A stretch of DNA of 64,000 nucleotides from the human T2T-CHM13v2.0 reference genome, Homo sapiens: the NCBI RefSeq assembly GCF_009914755.1, contig NC_060935.1. The stretch is one strand, 5' to 3'. The translations under genes and the position numbers were made by a program. The notes beneath the pieces were generated by a model. That model made no database searches. It saw only the letters and a list, made by a program, of their open reading frames with translations, and was not told the origin of the DNA. Below, in pieces: positions 53,048 to 64,000 of the stretch. The stretch's first letter is position 1; each line of letters begins with the position of its first letter.

Positions 53048-53081
53048 CATGAAGGAAGGGGTAGGAAATAGAGCTATTATA
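52940..53081. repeat. Tandem duplication of (TG)n plus a 37 bp unique segment, period 68 bp
   Basis: ATGCATGAAGGAAGGGGTAGGAAATAGAGCTATTATA is identical at 52977-53013 and 53045-53081. Confidence 0.92.
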
Positions 53082-53861
53082 TATTGGAACAAAGTCACTA
53101 TATTTTATCAGAATTAAGTTACTATTAAAATAGACCATGGTAACTTCAAGATGCATACTATAATCCCTAGACTAGAGCATGCAGTAGGAAAAAAATATAT
53201 ATAGCTTAAAATATGAAAAAAGTAATTAAAATGGTATACTAAAATTACTTGTTAGACATAAATGACAGCAGGAAATGAGGCATGGAGGAACAAAAAAATG
53301 CATGAGTGACAGAAAACAAATAGCAAAATGACAACTATAAATATAACCACACCAATAATTACATTAATATGAATGGACTAAATAAACCGTCCCAATAAAA
53401 AGGCAGAGATTGTCAACTATGCAAATTCTCAAGGAATTTCCCTTTTATGCATAGTTTTGGGAATGCTAGACTTATATTAATGGAAATAAGCCAAGAAAGA
53501 AAAATAAATGGCATCCAAGAAACAGGGGATCCAAAACAAGGAAAAGCCTCTTCTGGAAGCTGCAGCAAAAGGTAGGGTGGGTGGAAAACAAGAAAAAGGC
53601 AAAGGGAATTTGTAAGATGGTGCAGAATGCCCCAGGAGGACAGACAGCCAGTTCAATTTTAAAGAGAATATTCTCAAAACAGGTCTCTAGGAATAAAACA
53701 GAAATAAGTTATCTGAGGTTAAAATGTCTAGAATTTAATTTGGTCAACATTTGACAGATCTTTTAGCCCTTTGGAGGAAAAACATAGTGATCAGTATTTG
53801 GGAAGATAAACAAGTAAAAAAACAATGCAATTATTAACCCCAGAATAAAACAAAAGTGTTA

Positions 53862-54153
53862 GGCCAGGTGCGGTGGCTCACGCCTGTAATCCCAGCATGT
53901 TGGGAGGTCAAGGCAGGTGGATCACCTGAGGTCAAGAATTCAAGACCAGCCTGGTCAACATGGTGAAACCCTGTCTCTACTAAAAATACAAAAATTAGCC
54001 AGGCGTGGTGGCACCATCCTTCATTCCAGCTACTCAGGAGGCTGAGGCAGGAGAATCGCTTGAACACATAGGTGGAAGTTGCAGTGAGCAGAGATCATGC
54101 CACTGCACTCCAGCCTGGGCGACAGAGCAAGACTCTTTCTCAAAAAAAAAAAA
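53862..54153 (+). mobile_element. AluS
   Basis: Dimeric Alu; TSD AAAAGTGTTA. Confidence 0.9.
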
Positions 54154-54856
54154 AGTGTTAGAGAAAACATAACCCATAATACACTACTTGGATCTGCATT
54201 CATTCATTCCACAAGTATTTACTGAGTGCTCACTCTGTGTCTGGCCCTGCGGTAAGCTGTGGACTAACCACAATAAGCAAATAGATCAAATCTCTGCTTT
54301 CCAGAGGCCCACATTTTAGTGGATGATGACAGATGCTTAAAAAAAAATCAGTCTGCAATATCAGATGGTGATTCATACTTTACAGAAAAGTTACAAGTCT
54401 ACATAGATTGAAAAGTGGGGCAGGCCTCTATTGTACATGCAGGAGTCACGGAATAAAGTGGCATTTGAACAGAGACCTGAGTAAAGTGAAGGAGACAACT
54501 GTTGGCTGCCTGTGGGAACACTGTTCTAGAAGCCACAGACAGTGCAATGTCCTGAAGCAGGAATGGAGTGTTCTCAGCCATTTAAGGGAATGGAAGGGAT
54601 CCAGTGTGGCAGGGGATGAGTGCTGGGAGAAATCAAAGAGATGGCTCAGGATCGTATATGGCCTTATTGGCCCTGGTAAGGACTTTGGATTTACAGAGCC
54701 ATGATAATGAAACTAATGATTTCAACAAACGAGTATAATGCAACTGCTATGAAAATAGCAGGGTGGGGAAGAGGGAGAGGCTGTGAGAGAGCTCCAGGAA
54801 GTTGGTAGGTGATGCCTGACAATGATGGATTAACAAATGACCACATGCACAAAGCA

Positions 54857-54912
54857 TTAGGTTGGTGCAAAAGTAATTGTGGTTTTTGCCATTACGTTTG
54901 CACCCACCCATT
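54857..54912. mobile_element. MADE1 (Hsmar1 MITE), internally deleted
   Basis: ttaggttggtgcaaaagtaattgtggtttttgccattac...tttgcacc. Confidence 0.8.
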
Positions 54913-55081
54913 AACTACAATGGTGGAGGTAAATACCGGAGGAAACAGCTGAAAGGGTTGAAAGTGGCTTTGCTGGGGGTGAGGAGGGACAGAACATGAG
55001 GCTGTTGCTTTTCAATATAAGTCTTTCATACGAGTTGATTTTCTGAAAACTGTAAGCATTTTTTTAAAAGCTTATGAAGTT

Positions 55082-56216
55082 ATTTTTTTTTTATTTTTTT
55101 TTATTTTTTTTTATTGATCATTCTTGGGTGTTTCTCGCAGAGGGGGATTTGGCAGGGTCACAGGACAATAGTGGAGGGAAGGTCAGCAGATAAACAAGTG
55201 AACAAAGGTCTCTGGTTTTCCTAGGCAGAGTGTGTGTGTCCCTGGGTACTTGAGATTAGGGAGTGGTGATGACTCTTAACGAGCATGCTGCCTTCAAGCA
55301 TCTGTTTAACAAAGCACATCTTGCACCGCCCTTAATCCATTTAACCCTGAGTGGACACAGCACATGTTTCAGGGAGCACAGGGTTGGGGGTAAGGTCACA
55401 GATCAACAGGATCCCAAGGCACAATTTTTCTTAGTACAGAACAAAATGAAAAGTCTCCCATGTCTACTTCTTTCTACACAGACACAGCAACCATCCGATT
55501 TCTCAATCTTTTCCCCACCTTTCCCCCTTTTCTATTCTACAAAACCGCCATTGTCATCATGGCCCGTTCTCAATGAGCTGTTGGGTACACCTCCCAGATG
55601 GGGTGGTGGTGGCCGGGCAGAGGGGCTCCTCACTTCCCAGTAGGGGCGGCCGGGCAGAGACGCTCCTCACTTCCTAGATGGGATGGCGGCCGGGCAGAGA
55701 AGCTCCTCACTTTCCAGACTGGGCAGCCAGGCAGAGGGGCTCCTCACATCCCAGACGATGGGCGGCCAGGCAGAGATGCTCCTCACTTCCCAGACGGGGT
55801 AGCGGCTGGGCAGAGGCTGCAATCTCGGCACTTTGGGAGGCCAAGGCAGGCAGCTGGGAGGTGGAGGTTGTAGCCGAGATCACGCCACTGCACTCCGGCC
55901 TGGGCACCATTGAGCACTGAGTGAACGAGACTCCGTCTGCAATCCCGGCACCTCGGGAGGCCGAGGCTGGCGGATCACTCGCGGTTAGGAGCTGGAGACC
56001 AGCCCGGCCAACACAGCGAAACCCCGTCTCCACCAAAAAAATACGAAAACCCGTCAGGCGTGGCGGCGCGGGCCTGCAATCGCAGGCACTCGGCAGGCTG
56101 AGGCAGGAGAATCAGGCAGGGAGGTTGCAGTGAGCCGAGATGGCAGCAGCACAGTCCAGCTTCGGCTCGGCATGAAAGGGAGACCGTGGAAAGAGAGGGA
56201 GAGGGAAAGGGAGAGG
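55082..56216 (-). mobile_element. SVA retrotransposon (SVA_D-like), all domains present, short VNTR
   Basis: Poly(A), SINE-R, VNTR (gggcagagg..ctcctcacttccc), Alu-like domain and (CCCTCT)n; TSD GCTTATGAAGTT at 55070-55081 and 56217-56228. Confidence 0.95.
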
Positions 56217-56385
56217 GCTTATGAAGTTCTTGATGATGGGTGGGACCCTCATCTGTCAATGTGTAAGATGTGAAACAGCCCTGACAATGTAGCTGGTGCT
56301 AGAGGGACGGGCCTGTGTCCAGGGTTGGAATATGCTGTGCAGACCAGGAATGCTTTACATTCCGGGGTGGTCTTTTCTAGATCAC

Positions 56386-59370
<2,985 letters not shown>

Positions 59371-60164
59371 CTACATATTCTTTAGGTAACCACCCAGGCC
59401 AGTGGGGAAAATAATCAATCTACTTCTGAATAAATCCTAGCTATAGTTTCATGCTACTGCAAATGGGATAACAGCAAATCATGCCTGAAAATTTTTGGAA
59501 TAAGGTGATGTTTACATCGTTATGCTGATTTTTACAAACTGTGAATCATATTGACCAGGTTCATTTGTACTAGACCACCACACCAAAACTTTATAAAATT
59601 ATTTTCCAGTTGGGTGAAAAATGATGTTGTGCTTTCGTTTGCCCATCTCTAATTTCCGGGAGATTTATAATTTGTTTGTATTATTTTGTGAATCATCCGT
59701 TCATGTCTTCTGCCTATTCTTCTACGGTCTTTTTCTTATCAACTTGTAAAGACTCTAATGTAATAGCCAACTGCTACAAGCATGTTTCTGATTTGTTGTT
59801 TACCTTTTGATGTTCTTGATATTAAAAGATGCTTATATAGCTGAACGTTTTTCTTTTCTAGTTCCCCCCTTTATGTTTATGGCTTGGAAGTTTTCTCTAT
59901 CTGAGATCAATAAATATTACCTATCCTCCTCTTTCCCCACCCTCATCCTTTTATTTTACCCACATGTTTAAAGCATTACAGACAGTGGAGTCCAGTTGGT
60001 TATGCAACTCACTTTACAGATGAGACTTCAGTGACGTAACATAAGGCTTGTTTTATGAGAATGTGTTGATCCTTCTTAACGTGGCTTATGATTTGCAATC
60101 TCAGGCACGTATTGTGTTTCCTGCCAAAATATACATTTGTTTGCTTGCTTCATTAGCCACCTAA

Positions 60165-60395
<231 letters not shown>

Positions 60396-62296
60396 TAGGG
60401 AATCTCCTCATCATACCCAGAACCTTTAATTCATTTTCTGAGCCCTGTGAAATAGATGTTCCCACTGGCAGAGATAATAGGGCAACAATTTCCTGATGGC
60501 CACTAGACTATTTTATCGTAACATCCATTGTGTACAGAGCTTTATAATACTAACGGTTGACAGCTCTCACATCATGGGACACTGTGAAAAACTCAAATCA
60601 ACAAGGACACAGGTATGGAAAGTTGTAGGAGCAAAACACCCACTGTATGAAAAAGATATGACACAAATAAAAAGAGAAAAAAACAAAATAGATTAGGCTC
60701 ACGTACCTTAGTTGTGACAAAGTAGAAAAATCACCTTTTTTCCTCAATTGTCTCTCCCTCCAGATCCTTACAGTAGTTAACACCCAACCCACTGGCTTAT
60801 CTTCATCCTCAAGTCTCAAGCGCTTATAGAGAGTTTATGTAGATTCGTAAATTAGCCAGTGGGAGAGAAAAAGCAGCAGAGGGCTGTTGAAGAGGGATTT
60901 TCCTTCACTCTGCCCCATTCCAACAAGATCCACCCACTCCCACTGTTTCCTTTGCATCCACTCCGCTCCACTGCAGCCCTCCAGGAACAAGCAGTGATGA
61001 CAGTAACAAGTGTTCTTCCTCAGGACCAGCCCCACCTGGGGGGAATGAGGGGTCTTAATCTGCAACTGACAATTACCACTTGTCATCAGTGGCCTATGGC
61101 TTCTTGGAGAGAGTGAAGCAACATCGCTTCTCTTGGAGGAAGCAAAGCTTCACAGGGCTTTGTTGGTCTCATCCTGCTGAATGTCCCCACTCACCATTCA
61201 GGCATCAGAGAGGCCTCCCGTGAGAAGTGACAGGGACCTGTGGCTTAAAGGATCAGGACAGCATCAACCTTGCCTAAATAAAGCTAGGACAATTACAATA
61301 TTTGGCCCCTTGACTGGGTGAAAATGGTACTCATTCAACAGCTCTCTGGCACTCCTACCACAAGCCAGGAAGTCACTGTTCCAGGCATAGGAGATACACT
61401 GGGGAACCACACAGCCGCTGCTGTCACAGGGCTTCCATTCTAGTGTCACTGGGACTTTTCCTGGGTCATTTCCACAACTTCCTGACTCTGTGTGTGGGAA
61501 TTCAAAAAGGGTCTGGCTTGAGAAACAAGTATCTGGGAAACAGAGTCCAAAATGTCATCATGGAGGATTTCTTCTAGGCTTCCCCAAGAACACTTTGGGT
61601 ACCAGGCATAAAGACAAATCTTTTGCCTTCCAAATTAGCTGATAAAAGTAGAAGGGATAAGAACTAAGAGCTATCCTGTGTTGCAGTTTCGTCATTTTCT
61701 GGCCCACATCCTGGGGCCTCTGCCTTGTTTACCCGGTGTTTTAAAACACACAGCTGGGAGGGGCGCAGGGCTTGCAGAGCTGGCTCTGTGCCCAGGAAGG
61801 ACACGCACTCAAAATCAGCCCTGCAGACACGCACCTGGGAGCCGCTTCCCTCCCTTGGCACGTACAGGTATCTTCATTACCAGTGTGTCTCTGCTCAGAT
61901 TCTGCTTTCAGCCTAATTGTTTCTGTCTGGGATTTCTTTCACTGCTCACTTGGCAGGGAAGCCCAGAGATTATTCTATCAGCCACACTCCGACTTAAGTG
62001 ATGATGTCTTGCTCATCTCTGCTCCTGGACAAACCTCCTGGGGATCTATGTGTGTGTGGTTGTGTTCATTGATTCTTCTACCCTCAACCCCAAACCCCTA
62101 AAAGGAACAACAATGGCAAGATGTCTACACAGGTGACTCAGCACACACCCTACTTTATACTGAAGCAGCTGCACCTGAGGCAGCAAAGTAGCTCTGCTGA
62201 CCCGCGGGCCACCCTCACCTCACCCCATCTCCGCTTCGCTCATGCCTTTGGGTTATTCCTTGCTCCTATTTGTCTTAGAGCTACTCTTCCCTCTAA

Positions 62297-62620
<324 letters not shown>

Positions 62621-63376
62621 TAATAACCTCCCCCAGAAAATCCACATCTCTGGACTGCCAAAACCTGAATAGGACCTAGTGCTCTACTCTGGATGGGCCA
62701 GGTGACATATTCCCTAAAGTAGCTCATGAAAGCTTTGAGGCTTGAAGGCAGCTACCAAAGCCCCGGCTAACACTGCAGGAGTCCTCCTCGCCTTCCCACT
62801 GCTGCCAGCAGCCCCTGCTCACACACGTGCATATTCCTCGGTGTGGACGTATGTGCGCACATACACATGCGGGTACACACAATGCCCCAGCTGGTTGAAT
62901 GCCACCATGCAGGGGATACACCCCTTTGGTTAAGCGAAACCACACTCTACCTTTTGCCCAGGGAGGTACCGTCTTGCCTCCATCACAAGCCTCAGGAGAC
63001 CCACTCCACTGCCAGGGGAGCGCTGCCAGTATGACTCACACTGACTGGGGTATGAAAATACATTTTGTCATCTAACAACCTCACTTCTGTACCTCAGCAA
63101 GAGTCGAAAAAGGTTGAGGGCAAAACTGAATTTCAAGTATACACACACAGTCTGTTACAAATCAGCAACATGCTTCAGCCGGCCCATCCTATACTGACCC
63201 CACCATGGGTTCCATAGAGATTTTAAGATACAATCCCTTGCTGCTTTATACTCCTAACATACTCATGAAATACACTTACTCGCATCTGTTTGCTGCCTGT
63301 AATGTTATGTACTAACTGCCTAAATGCTGAAGAACCTAGCTGAGACAGGTGTAGGAGGAAACTTCGGTGATGGTGA

Positions 63377-63736
<360 letters not shown>

Positions 63737-63926
63737 TGACCCTTTTCCCCCCATGCCCGCCCTTTGACTCCTAGTTTTATCCATTAACATCCAGAGGATG
63801 CATTAGCAATCCAAAATTTAAAGCATGCACGGTGACGTTCAGCTGCCCTCCCCAGAGGATGGGCTGATGCCTTTCACAGGCTCTGCTTGCTAAACTGTCC
63901 ACTGGAAACGTGGGCCCTGAAGTTCT

Positions 63927-64000
63927 GTTTTGTTGTTTGTTTTGAGAGAGACTCACCCTGTCACCCAGGCTAGAATGCAGTGGCGCAATCTTGGCTGACT
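63927..64000 (-). mobile_element. Alu (truncated by the window end)
   Basis: T-rich tail and cacccaggctagaatgcagtgg. Confidence 0.8.

Overview
Hominid (almost certainly human) genomic DNA covering the upstream region and 5' part of TMEM45B on the + strand. The gene has a CpG-island promoter with a non-coding exon 1 (~23460-23539), a ~36.6 kb intron 1, and three coding exons (60195-60372, 62322-62528, 63420-63604; 190 codons), and it continues past the window. Most of the rest is transposon-derived: a ~15.7 kb nest (an AluJ split by a full-length L1PB that holds a second full-length L1PB, several Alus and an LTR12), three two-LTR MaLR proviruses with intact TSDs, a solo LTR12 just upstream of the promoter, a compact SVA, Tigger/MADE1 DNA transposons and ~30 Alus. 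I found no new gene or multi-gene system. The best unexplained structures are (i) a ~630 bp orphan retrotransposed RNA with its own AATAAA, poly(A) and TSD at 50662-51294, (ii) a ~225 bp inverted duplication with a perfect 20 bp palindrome at its breakpoint (44647-45984), and (iii) several locally templated insertions that look like repair scars. Repeat subfamily names come from recalled consensus sequences, not from a search.
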